Assembly (NCBI RefSeq): GCF_006345805.1
Contig: NC_043015.1
Coordinates: 37,696,001 to 37,760,000 of the forward strand
Direction: 5' to 3'
Source of the DNA: Octopus sinensis
Taxonomy: Eukaryota
Length of the DNA: 64,000 nucleotides
The translations under genes and the position numbers were made by a program. Under the pieces are notes generated by a model that did not search any database, was not told where the DNA came from, and was given only the letters and a program-made list of their open reading frames with translations. Positions 52,483 to 64,000 of the stretch are shown here, in pieces (position 1 is the first letter of the stretch; each line of letters starts with the position of its first letter).

Positions 52483-52958
52483 CTATATAAGATATTATCT
52501 CATGGTGAACGGATATCACCTACAACGGTGTGATACGCTGGTGGCGGTGTATTAGAATGAAATAAACGCTGCCTGCGGCCATGCTCAGCGTAGTCGCGGT
52601 AGTTAGCAGTTTATAAATATCACTGTCATGTTAAGACTGTAAAATATATTTGCAATAACAAGCAAGAAATTTTACTTATTCCCATCGATGTATTATGTAT
52701 GAAGATATGTCTGTCTGGCTCGGCATATGTATGTGCGTCAGTGTGTATGTATACGTTTATGTATATGTGTATATGTTGCATAGAGGTTTATTTCTGCTTG
52801 TATGCGTCGGTTGTTATACATATATATGCGTGTGTACCTATCAATCTACCTATCGATCGATCTATCTATCCATCTATCTAAATACATATATATATATATA
52901 TATAAATATGTGTGTGTGTATATATATTGTATATATACATATGTATATATATACATGC

Positions 52959-53005
<47 letters not shown>

Positions 53006-53211
53006 CATATATGTGTATATATATACATGCATGTGTATATATATATATATATATTTAATGTATGTGTATATATATATATATTATATAGTAGATTGTAGAG
53101 AGACAGACAGACAAACAGACAGGATATAAATATAAGCATACATACATAGTATATACATAACTACATTCATATATAACATAACACACCATATATAATATAA
53201 TACATATATAT

Positions 53212-53257
<46 letters not shown>

Positions 53258-54121
53258 GCGTATGTATGTATATATATATATATATATATATATTCTTGTA
53301 TGTACATACATAGGTGTATATAAATATATACACACATACACATATATATGCGTATGTGTATATATGTGTGTATGTATGTTTATATATATAATATATATGT
53401 TAGGGTGTGGGATGGAGGTAAGGTCTTTTCCATTCAGTTGTTTAAGCTAAATCGTGACTGAAGCCAGAACGAACAGACACCACCGTGGGCTTCCTTCAAT
53501 TTTTTTCTTTCCTTCTTTTCCTTCACCACCATCACCACTAGCATCATCATCATCATCATCATAATGATCACCATCGTCACCATCCCTCTCGTCTTCAATA
53601 TTATTTTCATTTACATTTTTTCCTGCTTCGAGCGAAAACAAAATGTCTTCTGCAACGCTGTTCGTAATGACTCAGAATTCTCTCCACACAATACATATTT
53701 CTCGACGCCGCCATTGTCATGTCCTGCAGTGAACGAACTCACCAGTTAATCCACATGATACGCTTTCGATTCCCCACTGATGCGAAATTCATTTTTCACT
53801 TCTTTCATCCCAGGTCTATGTTGACTTCAAATTCTGACACAAGGCCAGCAATTTTCGGGGTGAGGTAATTCGATTATATGGACGCCAGTCCTCAACATGT
53901 ATTTATTTTATCGACCCCGAAAGGATGACAAACAAAGATGACAGCTGACACCGGCTGCATTTGAACTCAGAACATTTTAATATCAATGTATTTGACGGCT
54001 ATGCTCAGCGTCTACGCCTAGCATGACCGCAGGCACCGTCTATTTCATTCTAATACATCGCCACCGGCATATCACACCGTTGTAGGTGATATCCGTTCAC
54101 CCTGAGATAATATCATATAGA
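52483..54121. repeat. Diverged inverted repeat of about 113 bp (52483-52597 and 54008-54121) enclosing about 1.4 kb
   Basis: gatattatctcatggtgaacggatatcacctacaacggtgtgat... versus ...atcacaccgttgtaggtgatatccgttcaccctgagataatatc. Confidence 0.9.
53825..53985 (-). mobile_element. Family 1 SINE
   Basis: ttctgacacaaggccagcaatttt...tatcgaccccgaaaggatga...tttgaactcagaac. Confidence 0.75.
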
Positions 54122-54229
54122 GAATGAGGATGATATGATGATTATTATCATGTTATTGGTAATTATTAATAATAATCTTAATATCACATATGTTCGACGG
54201 CTATTGCGCTGCTCGAATGAAAAAGATAT

Positions 54230-55410
54230 AACCACCAACAATAGCTGAACATCATCAATAACCAAAGAACAGCTGAGGGGAAATGGGCCATTGAGAAAGT
54301 CAAACTCAGCCCCAAAGTGTTCTCTTTTGCGAAAAACCACAAGGTCACTGTCTCGTCTGTTGGCCCTCTAATTGAAGAAAATGGCACCCTCCAAGATAAT
54401 GCCAAAACCCCGAGTGAGATAATGCAGCAACAATACTTCTGTTTTCAGCATTCCTGATATGAACGATCTGGGCTGCATCAGTGATGTTAATCCCCAACAT
54501 TCTATATCGGACATAAAGTTTGGCGCCCTCGATGTCTTAGCTGCAATAGCCGAAATTTGACACAATTCAGCCGTAGGCCCTGACAGGTTCTCTGTTTGTG
54601 TCCTGAAGGTGTGTCGACACTAACTTGCATCTCCTCTTGCTAATCTGTGGGGGGAACTCACTGGATGCTAGCTATATTTCTGAAAACTTTCTGTCCCAGT
54701 CTGTTGTCCTAGTTTTCAAAAAGGGTAACACCTCCCTTGCAGTGAACAACCGTCCGATCTCACTCACCTCTCGTATCATCGAGGCATTTCAGAGGGTGGT
54801 GAGATGACGAATAATCCATTCAGATTGCTGAACCCCAAACAACAGGGGTTCCGTATTAGAAAGAACTGCGTAAAGCAGCCACTGCATCACTTGGATGACA
54901 TTCTGAGAGCCATGGGAGAGGGCTCCAACACCGAGGTCATCTCCCTTGATTTCAGTAGGGCCTTTGACAGGGTTGATCATAAGATCCACTTGAAAAAGCT
55001 ATCCAACATTGGTGTCTCTGGAAAGTTACTACAGTGGATCCAGTGCTTCCTGACAGACAAAACCCATCACGTTGTTGTCGAAGGAGGAAAATCAAGCCCA
55101 GCCAAAATCAGTAGTAGTGTTCCTCAAGGAACCACTTCTTTTCATCATCTACATCAATGAAATTACTGGCATCATCAAGCACAACAGCATAAGAATATTT
55201 GCAGATGACTCCAAGCTCCAGGAGATCTTCAATGAAGTGGGTGACCGGACATGCCTTCTGTCAGATCTACTGGCTGTCATCCAATGAGCGAAAAAAACAA
55301 TATGGTGCTGAACGAGGACAAATTTGAGTTAATACACTTCGGAAAAGAAGATACCCTGAAACTCCCATACCCGCTTCCTTCAGGTGAAACTTTCATGGCA
55401 TCCGACATGA
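54230..55410 (+). pseudogene. CR1-like LINE reverse transcriptase remnant (frameshifted)
   Basis: AVGPD, NRPISLTS, QQGFR, LDFSRAFDRVDH, SSVPQG, FADDSKL and LNEDKFELIHFG motifs in order. Confidence 0.92.
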
Positions 55411-55451
55411 CAAACATACACAGAAGCACACACACAATCAAACAACACATA

Positions 55452-55482
<31 letters not shown>

Positions 55483-55504
55483 ATAAATATATATAAATAT
55501 ATAC

Positions 55505-55662
55505 TACGGGCTTCTTTCAGTTTCCACCTATCAAGTCCACCCACAAGACTTTGGTCAGCGCGCGACTATAGTAGAAGAGACTTGTCCAAGTTGCCACGAA
55601 GTGGGACTGAGCACGAAACCATGTGGTTGGGAAACAAGCTTCTTACCACACAGCCACTCCTG
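55505..55662 (-). mobile_element. Family 2 SINE head
   Basis: acgggcttctttcagtttcc...cttgtccaagttgccac...cttcttaccacacagccactcctg. Confidence 0.85.
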
Positions 55663-55700
<38 letters not shown>

Positions 55701-56271
55701 AATACAGATGCATCCATCCATCCATCCATACACACTTCAATTCTCCATCATTCTTCATATCTCTTCTCACCATGTCTTTCCATTTCCTCTTCTTCTTTTC
55801 TGTACTTCTTTTCCCTTTGTATTAACAGTCTCAGGAATCCATTTTGCTTAATTAAATGTCCAAACTCATTTACTTTACCCTGTTTGATGAAGCCTTTATT
55901 TCTATTCTCCCCCCCCCCCCCATTCCAGTTTATTTCTTTATCATCGTTTTTTTGTAATCAGCCCAGAATATTCTCCGACGTCTCCCGTATGTCCGCCTCT
56001 GAAAGGATTAGACTCTGTTTAATAATGCTTTTTATTAATGGCATTGTTACATCTACACATGTATGAAGTTATGCTTACATACTTCCACATATACGTATAT
56101 GTATGCATACATGTATATATATATATATGTGTGTGTGTGCTTGTGTGTGAGTGCGCGTGTGCGTGTGTGTGTGTATAACCTTTATTCTTTCGTTATAGAT
56201 AGGATCAACGAAAAGTATTCTATTCCGTGAGAGATAAATATCACTTAACTTACACAATTTAAAACTGTGAC

Positions 56272-56310
<39 letters not shown>

Positions 56311-56380
56311 TACATATACACGGCAGTGCTCTGGCATGGCAGCAGTTAAGTGACTGAAACAAATAAAAGTATAAAATATA

Positions 56381-56438
<58 letters not shown>

Positions 56439-56439
<1 letters not shown>

Positions 56440-56633
56440 AGTTAATCCAAACAAAAAGCACAAAAAAACACAACAACGCGAGGACGTGGAACAATTATAG
56501 TATTATTGGACGCTCAGGAAATAAGGAAAGAAGGAGGGTTTAACGTTTCGAGCGGAGCTCTTCGTCGGAAACATAGGAGAAGGAAAGATCCAGAGAAGGG
56601 AAGACAGAGGGAAAAAAATCGGTCACGCGGTCA
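56439..56633 (-). mobile_element. Family A repeat; left arm of an inverted pair (motif 56538-56572)
   Basis: Near-identical reverse complement of 57020-57226. (TA)n lies outside. Confidence 0.9.
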
Positions 56634-56662
56634 CATTTTGAATATATATATATATATATTTA

Positions 56663-56698
<36 letters not shown>

Positions 56699-56748
56699 TG
56701 TATGTATGTATGTATGTATGTTTTTGTTTTTGTGTATATATAAATACT

Positions 56749-56928
56749 GCTTCGGTCATGAATGACCATAGGATTGCACCTAGAAGGTTCCCCTCTGAGG
56801 CACAACTCCTGGCAAAGTTGTTTATGGAAGACCAGCAGTCGACTATGCGTAGCAGTCTCCCCTCCACGCACCACCGTTGTTATCCAAGGGGAAGGCAAAA
56901 AGTGATACAGACTGGCACCAGTGACGTC
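56749..56928 (-). mobile_element. Probable SINE or short retroelement of another family inside the inverted pair
   Basis: GC-rich block ending (minus strand) ggtgcaatcctatggtcattcatgaccgaagc. The family is recalled as octopus-type, and it is single-copy here. Confidence 0.4.
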
Positions 56929-57019
56929 ATTGTGCATGTGTGTATATATTATGTGTACGTGTAATTATACGGAGCAAATAATTCAGGAGAAAATATTTGA
57001 AATAAAATTGAATAATGAC

Positions 57020-57226
57020 GTGACCTCGTGTGTACCGTTGGCGATTTTTTTCCCTCTGTCTTCCCTTCTCTGGATCTTTCCTTCTCCTATGTTTCCGACG
57101 AAGAGCTCCGCTCGAAACGTTAAACCCTCCTTCTTTCCGTCTTTCCTGAGCATCCAATAATAGTATATTTGTTCCACGTCCTCGCGTTGTTGTGTTTTTT
57201 TGTGCTTTCTTGTTTGGAATAACTTA
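57020..57226 (+). mobile_element. Family A repeat; right arm (motif 57091-57125)
   Basis: GTTT CCGACGA A GAGC TCC GCTC GAA ACGT T AAAC, followed about 100 nt later by (TA)n. Confidence 0.9.
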
Positions 57227-57362
57227 TATATATATATATTATATTATATTGTATATATATATATATATATACTATAATATATATATATATGTATACATAT
57301 ATATACTATGTATATATACAAATATATACATATATATAACATATATATATATATATATATAG

Positions 57363-57396
<34 letters not shown>

Positions 57397-58913
57397 TGTG
57401 AAATGTATATAATATGAGAAATACGGCTTGTGTGTGTGTGTTTGTCTGTGTGTGGTCTGTGTGTGTCTGTGTCTGTGTTTGCGTTGTTTGTGACCGTGCA
57501 TGCGTGTGTATTTGTGTATGTCTTATACTGTATCGAAATGTGTACATGTGTGTGAGTGCATCCGTTCACACGTGTGTGAATATTGACAAATATTTCATTA
57601 GTTCTCAATTCTAAATTAAAGCTCTTCGCAAGGACCTTCACTGATGATCTTGGCAGTAAGAGAGAGACCTTAATTATAAATCTGTCATGGCATGCTATTA
57701 CATGCTGTCACCTCTCATCGCCTGCTATCACCTGTCACACAATTCGACACCAGCCACAACGTTCTGGAATTGAAAGCAATACCAGCTAGATTCTTTCGTA
57801 AACAGTTAACAGATTGCTCAATCTTCTTAATTAAGAAAAGCCTTGTGTAATTAATGAAAACAATAATTTCTGTCTCTGTCACATGCGATAAAATTTTCGG
57901 TGGTAGTGGTGGAATACCGCTTGGGAATAAACATTTTCTCAGCAATAAATTTCCAAGATTATCGACCTCTTCTACAATCGTGCCCTGAAAATCATTATCT
58001 CGAGGCTCAGGTTTTTCACTTCCGACGCTGGTATACCACTGCTCCTGGACTAAACGAACGGGGAATAAATGTTGTTGTCAGTCGGAAGGAGTGCGAGTTT
58101 AGACGTGGTAGAGATCTTAATTTTACGGAAAGCTGTCACATTTAACGCAAGTCATGTAAAGTGATTTAACAGGAGACTCGCTTACAGAAACATATCTCTC
58201 CTTCGGGAACCACATCTAATATATTCAAATAACCAATGGTAACGCATTAGGTGTGACTGAGAGACACAGCCATTGCTCTACTCACAGGGAACCCTCTTTC
58301 TTACGTTCAATAAGATTTCAATTGGAGTGTTGCTCATATCAATAGCAAGTTGCCGCTGCCGCTGCTACTGCTGCTGCTGTGCCGCCGCTGTTGCTGCTGG
58401 TGCAACAAGACGGGTAAGGGTGATTAGGTGATGGTCTAGGGTTTAGGGGTAGGAGACCCCAGACCTTGGGAAAAAAAACTTTAGTCGTCCCGACACCAAT
58501 GGGAGGAGGTGGCTCTCGAAGTCGCTGGAAATGGAGATCTCCAGGTCCAAATTCTTGGACGGCTGCTGCTGTTGCTGCCACCGCTACTGCTACTGCTGCT
58601 ACTACTACTCCAGATGCTGCTGCTGCCGATGATGATGATGCTATATTCTGTACGATATACGAAAGGATGACAGTGGACTGATTGGGGCAAAAATGAATCC
58701 CTAACCTTGTTTCGTGAGAAGACGGTGTTTCCTTTTTTCTCTCTTTTCAATCGTTTCTAGAATGGCCCTTTTTTCTTTAATGTCTGAGACGAGTGAATGA
58801 GGAACGCTCGAATGGACGTAACTCGAGGTAAGTCAGTTTTCGGAAAAGTAAGCCACTAGGATTATGGTGGAACTGGAAACAGAAAGATGGAGACAGGAAG
58901 AGAGGGGGGAAAT

Positions 58914-59043
<130 letters not shown>

Positions 59044-59059
59044 TGTGAGGAGAGTGATT

Positions 59060-60330
59060 AAGGGAAGAAACAACTTGACTGTGTTGCAGCGGTTGACTGA
59101 GCGAAGAAAAGATTTCTTGCTAATCAGTGTAGTGGTCTTTATTTGGATTGTCGAGGAAGTCTGTAAGCAATAGCAGTATGCTCTATGTAGAAGCAGTTCT
59201 TTAGTTTAGATCTCACCTAAGTGGTAACGAGAATCGGAAACTGTTGCGATGAGGATTGTTTTCTGGGATTCATTCTGAAGAAGTGGACCCATCTTTGTGA
59301 TGCAATTTTGGCTCTGTTGAGGTTGTGGATTGTGGCCAAGAATTATCCTCCAGGATCGTAAGTGCTAGCATTTGTAACCACGTTGAGGTTGCTAGTTGCA
59401 TATTAGGGGGAGTGGTGTAAGGATTTCTCTATTAATATACGTAGTAAACAAGGCGGCGAGCTGGCAGAATCGTTAGCACGCCGGGCGAAATGCTGAGCGG
59501 CATTTCGTCCGTCTTAATGCTCTGAGTTCAAACTCCACCGAGGCCAAGTTTGCCTTTCTATCCTTTCGGGGTCGATAAGATAAGTACCAGTTGAGCACTG
59601 GGGTTGATGGAAACAACTTACCCCTGCTCTCAAAATTGTTGGCATTGTGCCAGAATTACGAAGAATTAATCGTAGTAATTGTGTTGGAGACAAGATTGTT
59701 GAGGCTCCTCTAGATAGTGTTTTTGCCAATTCTCTGTTCATGGAATTTCAGGATTAATAGCTACCGTGTCTCGGATACAAGTCAATGAGGTTTGTATGCA
59801 AGAGCTTAGCCAGGAATGAGAAACATTGCATCAAGCGTGCAGGGGTGGGGGTTGTTGGCAGTGAAGGCAAGCAGGTCTTTGATGGAGAAGATCAGGGTTA
59901 AAACTGAACCCTAGGGTACATCAGAGTTGATAGAATGTGGATCGATCTATAGGTACACAAGGAAATATTATGATTTAACAGGAGGGCCCCGATCTAAGGA
60001 AAGAAAATGATGGTACCAAGAGGCCTAAAGGCGGGTAGTTTTGCCAGGAGATTTCCACTCACATTCGTTCGAAACCTATATTGATGTCGAGGCGAGGACA
60101 GCTGGGTTGTCTTCTCTAAATTTAATGGGAAGCAAGAGCCCTTTGATGAAGGGCATACGGGAGAAGTCTTAGAAGAGACCTCGTGCCACGGAACCACAGC
60201 TACAATGTAATGGGGATGAGTGTTGTTATTGGATGACACCAGCATCACTGCGATGTTGGAAATAAGTGCAAAAGGTTGATAGTTTGTCGAGAATAAGATT
60301 CACTGTTGTACGATAATGTTGGAGGATGAA
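59060..60330 (-). pseudogene. Old Jockey/CR1-group LINE RT remnant interrupted by a SINE
   Basis: Minus strand NYQPFALISNIAVM, LDINIGFERM* (LDISKAFDRVW-like), NLLAKLPAF and INSDVP*GSVL. The part left of the SINE is weaker. Confidence 0.6.
59452..59670 (+). mobile_element. Full-length family 1 tRNA-derived SINE
   Basis: ggcggcgagctggcagaatcgttagc (A-box-like) ... ctgagttcaaactcc (B-box) ... aagtaccagttgagcactgggg ... ttgtgccagaatt. Confidence 0.9.
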
Positions 60331-60829
60331 AAGAAAAAGGTCATGCATGCGTACGTACACACAACTGGTGGAAATGGTGGTGACGGCGGCGGCGGTGGCG
60401 GTATTTGTACAGCGAGTTATTATTGCTAGAACACGGATTTCAAACAAGCAAAATAAAATAAAAACAAAATATACAGAAATAAAAAAAAGTACAAGAAACC
60501 GAACAATAGTTTTGAAACGTTCGAGTGAAGTGGAAGAGCAAGATGGCGGTTTGGTTGGATTGACGGTCGTCTTTCAGGCATCGATAATATAATCAAAACA
60601 TTTGCGTATTGGACAGCAGATTTCGTCAACAGGAAAGCTGGAAATTCTTCCAATAGAAATATCGATTAGGTTTTCAATGATCTGAGAGTACCATATGGTC
60701 TTTACCATTATTGGGACGTTGGCAGAAAGAGAATAAGCCGTGGTTCAAATCACGACGACCGGTGGGTTCGTTTATTTATGTGGAGGAATGTGTGTGTGTG
60801 CAGTGGGGGCAATTGCGTGCACGTGCGTT

Positions 60830-60995
60830 TGTGTGTGGCTTTGTGGTAAGAAGCTTGCTTCGCCACCACATGATTCCATGTTCAGTCCCACAGCGTGGCA
60901 CCTTGGACAAGTGTCTTCTATTATATCGTTGAGTGGATTTTGTGAGTGTATTAGCTTCGAGTGGATTTTGGTAGACGGAAACTGAAAGAAGCCCG
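60830..60995 (+). mobile_element. Family 2 SINE head with internal gagtggatttt duplication
   Basis: gtggctttgtggtaagaagcttgct...gtggcaccttggacaagtgtcttct...ggtagacggaaactgaaagaagccc. Confidence 0.85.
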
Positions 60996-61160
60996 GCACA
61001 AGCATCAATAGGTATGGCTGGTGTCTTTGTGCCTGTGTTCGTCCACCATTACCGTGTATGTATATATATCTATGTATGTGTGTATAAGCATGTATGTATG
61101 CATTTCTGTATGTATGCATGGCAGTATGACCACGCTCAACTCATAAATATTTTAAATATA

Positions 61161-62387
61161 TCAGATCATCCCATAAGTTCTGTCCGAGTTGTGAGTAAAG
61201 AAAAAAATTGATCAAATGTTATATTTAATTGAAATTTAATCATCAATGTACTTTCCCTGATTATCTATGACGTCCTTCCATCTATTTACAAATTTTTTAA
61301 TCCCATCAATGTAAAACTCTATTGGTTTCAAAGGGAAGAACTCTGAAATGTCTGTTTCGAAATCCTTGCGAAATTCATGTCCCCCAAATGATTCTGTAAA
61401 CTACGAAACAAATGGTAGTCTGAAGGAGCAAGGTCTGAGAATAAGGTGGATGAGGAATTTTTCTCAACCAAGCTCTTCGGCCTTCTGTGATGTGATCTTT
61501 GCAGTGTGGGGTCGCGCATTCTCCTTTTCGATTCACTAAAGCGGATCTTTTCTTTCTTCAAAACTTGGTTCAAACACTCTAATTGCTGACAGTAGACTTG
61601 AGCACTGATTGTTGCATTAGGTGATAACATTTCAAAGTGAATTACTCCTTTGCAATCCCACCAGATAGAGAGAAGAACCTTTTTTCCATGAAGTTCCTCT
61701 CTCGGTTGTGGTTGAACTTTTCCCCTTTTACCAAGCCACTGTTTACGACGTTTAACATTTCGATAGAAGATACAGTTTTCATCACTAATCACAAGTCAAT
61801 CCAAAAATGGTGAAATGAGTTCGCGAGAATAGAGAGAAATGCAGATGTTAACTCGGGATTTGCGGTTGCTTTCGGACAATTCATGGGGCACCCATTTTCC
61901 AAGTTTAGGAACCTTTCCAAGTTGTAGAAGATGATGATGAACAGTTGTATGGTTGGAACTAAACTTTATTGTCAATTCTTCAACTGATAATGCAGGAATT
62001 TTTTTCAAGTAATGCCTCAAGAAGCTTATCACCAAACTCAACTGGACGTCCTGTTTGATCTTCATCTTCAAGGCTGAAATCCCCACTTCTGAATTTTGCA
62101 AACCATCTTCTGCAAGTTCTTTCATTCAAGCATTCGGTTGCAGAGTTTCCTTTTTTGTACTCATAAAGCATTATGTGCCTCAAATGCTCTTTGGATACTT
62201 CCATGTTAGAAACGGTTTTAATCAAAGATATTTTAATTCTATTATTCTGTAAAATAATATTTAATTATTTTAAATGCACACAAATGCATTAAATACATTT
62301 TAATTCCATTAGACATTCTAAAATACTTTTAAATTTCATTCAATTTTAAAAAAGGTAAAATCGGACAGAACTTATGGGATGATCTGA
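61161..62387 (-). mobile_element. Full-length mariner transposon (1227 bp) with perfect 27-bp TIRs, TA target duplication and a frameshifted DD34D transposase
   Basis: TA-TCAGATCATCCCATAAGTTCTGTCCGA ... TCGGACAGAACTTATGGGATGATCTGA-TA. Protein pieces HLRHIMLYEY, RWFAKFRSGDFSLED, WVPHEL, ISDE, KKVLLSIWWD, NARPH and DLAPSDYHLF. Confidence 0.97.
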
Positions 62388-62547
62388 TATGTGTGTGCAT
62401 ATGAACATATGTATACCCTGGCATGTGGTATCTATGTATATATATGTATGTATTTATGTATGAATATATATAGATATTTATTTAGGTATATGTATGTATA
62501 TGTTATAAGATATGCATTATGTATTATTATGTATGATATATGTATAT

Positions 62548-62604
<57 letters not shown>

Positions 62605-63593
62605 TATATATATATATATATATATATATACAAATATTTATTATGTATATATGTAATATGTATATATGTCTGTCTGTCTGTGTATATATATATGATTTCT
62701 ATTCATATTAATATGCCTAACTATATTAGTCAAATTGTATTCCTCTCTAAATATACATGGAAGTAAATGTCTGTTCGCATGGCTATGGATGCGTTTGTGT
62801 CGTGCATGTGTGCATGCGTGTGTAACAAATTTCCTGTTACCAAAACAGTATTTTAAAATCTTTTCGTTAGTTTTTCTAAATAAATATACGTATTTCAAAA
62901 CATTTACAATACATTCAATCAACCTAAGGTCAGCCTCGTTTTCAAGATATACTGTAAACAAGTTACTGAATCTTCGGTAACTAAGATTTCGAAACCAGGA
63001 GAATAAATATTGTTATGGAAGATCTAGACGATTTATTACTAGTATAGAAACTTTTATATGTCTCTGGTGATAAACCTGCTATAATTTATATATACTTATC
63101 TGTAACTTGACTGTGAAAGAAGCATTTATATTTATATATACATGCACACACACACTGACTGAGTAGCCCGTCGTTGCCGAACTCGTTTCACAATAGAGTA
63201 TCTATATTTTAATATGTTTTTTTTTTAATTCCATGTTAGACGATGTCTTTCCCCGACAGATATTCCTCTTGTTCAGGACGGATTTCTACATAATTTGCAG
63301 CAATTTATAATGTCTCGATAAACGAAATTTTTTCTTTATCCATTTGGCATACGGATGTCAAGATTTTTCTGAATTCCAGCTCTTTAACCTTTAACATAAA
63401 GCTGACCATGTGTAACGCTGGGCTCTTCAAGGTTTAGACCGGTAACCGAAAATGATGATGGTCATGGCAAAACTAAGACTCCCCTGGAAACTGAAGCCCT
63501 TTGAATTGAAATAGGACATCGTCTCCTTAGACTGTGCGACGGAGGCCCTTGTGCGCTTGTTGATGCTAGTTGATGCATCCTATCCTCGCAGAA

Positions 63594-63595
<2 letters not shown>

Positions 63596-63644
<49 letters not shown>

Positions 63645-63650
63645 GGGGAG

Positions 63651-63714
<64 letters not shown>
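63596..63714. repeat. (GA)n microsatellite
   Basis: Direct inspection. Confidence 0.97.
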
Positions 63715-63717
<3 letters not shown>

Positions 63718-64000
63718 CGTTTTCTGTTGCTATCACAAACTTTGGCAAGTTTGAAATTTTGATATATTGATGTCATTTCTCACGTGGAATCCGATTTTTG
63801 CGATTCATTTATTCCAGAAAAATTTCAGAAAAATGTTTAAATGTGTTTGAAGGTGTTTAATTTTTACCCAATCAGAAAACAAGATTTAGAAGCTAGCATT
63901 TTCTGCGTTATAGCAGCCTATCACAAAATGAAAGCAAGTATTACAGTGACGAAGTTTTAAGTAAAATTAAAGCAATTACATGGCACATCAAGGGAGAGAG

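Noticed and set aside
58466-58681. 71-aa ORF with poly-Ala/Thr/Asp and the overlapping minus-strand ORFs
   Set aside because: Driven by (GCT)/(ACT)/(GAT) repeats with no homology recognised. The region is kept only as a possible UTR.
63155-63190. Helitron/Helentron-like subterminal motif gtagcccgtcgttgccg
   Set aside because: A single short motif, and no matching other end was found.

Overview
This is a very AT-rich, microsatellite-saturated animal intergenic or intronic window with one 100-N assembly gap (19361-19460). The SINE families resemble those I recall from octopus (coleoid cephalopod) genomes; that assignment is inference, not proof. No host protein-coding gene can be supported: almost all listed ORFs are translations of (TA)n, (CA)n, (GA)n or trinucleotide repeats. 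Recognisable coding remnants are all transposon-derived: a TIR-bounded mariner (61161-62387), a second decayed mariner, six R4/Dong-like RLE LINE fragments (all on the minus strand), three CR1/Jockey-group RT fragments, Penelope-like (GIY-YIG) fragments and a Helitron RepHel fragment. There are also many tRNA-derived SINEs and two non-autonomous TIR elements. The main discovery candidate is three families of short (about 140-200 bp) non-coding repeats that share one minimal type-I hammerhead-ribozyme-like geometry: stem I, core, extra A, stem II, GAA, palindromic ACGT, cleavage base, stem I'. Stem I covaries between families and the cores include variants (CCGACGA, CTGTNGA). One family forms the 3' tail of an element with a tRNA-derived Pol III head, i.e. 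a putative ribozyme-tailed SINE or retrozyme-like element. A second theme is repeated fold-back or inverted duplication next to (TA)n tracts, including an interleaved A-B-A'-B' structure at 45.05-46.08 kb.
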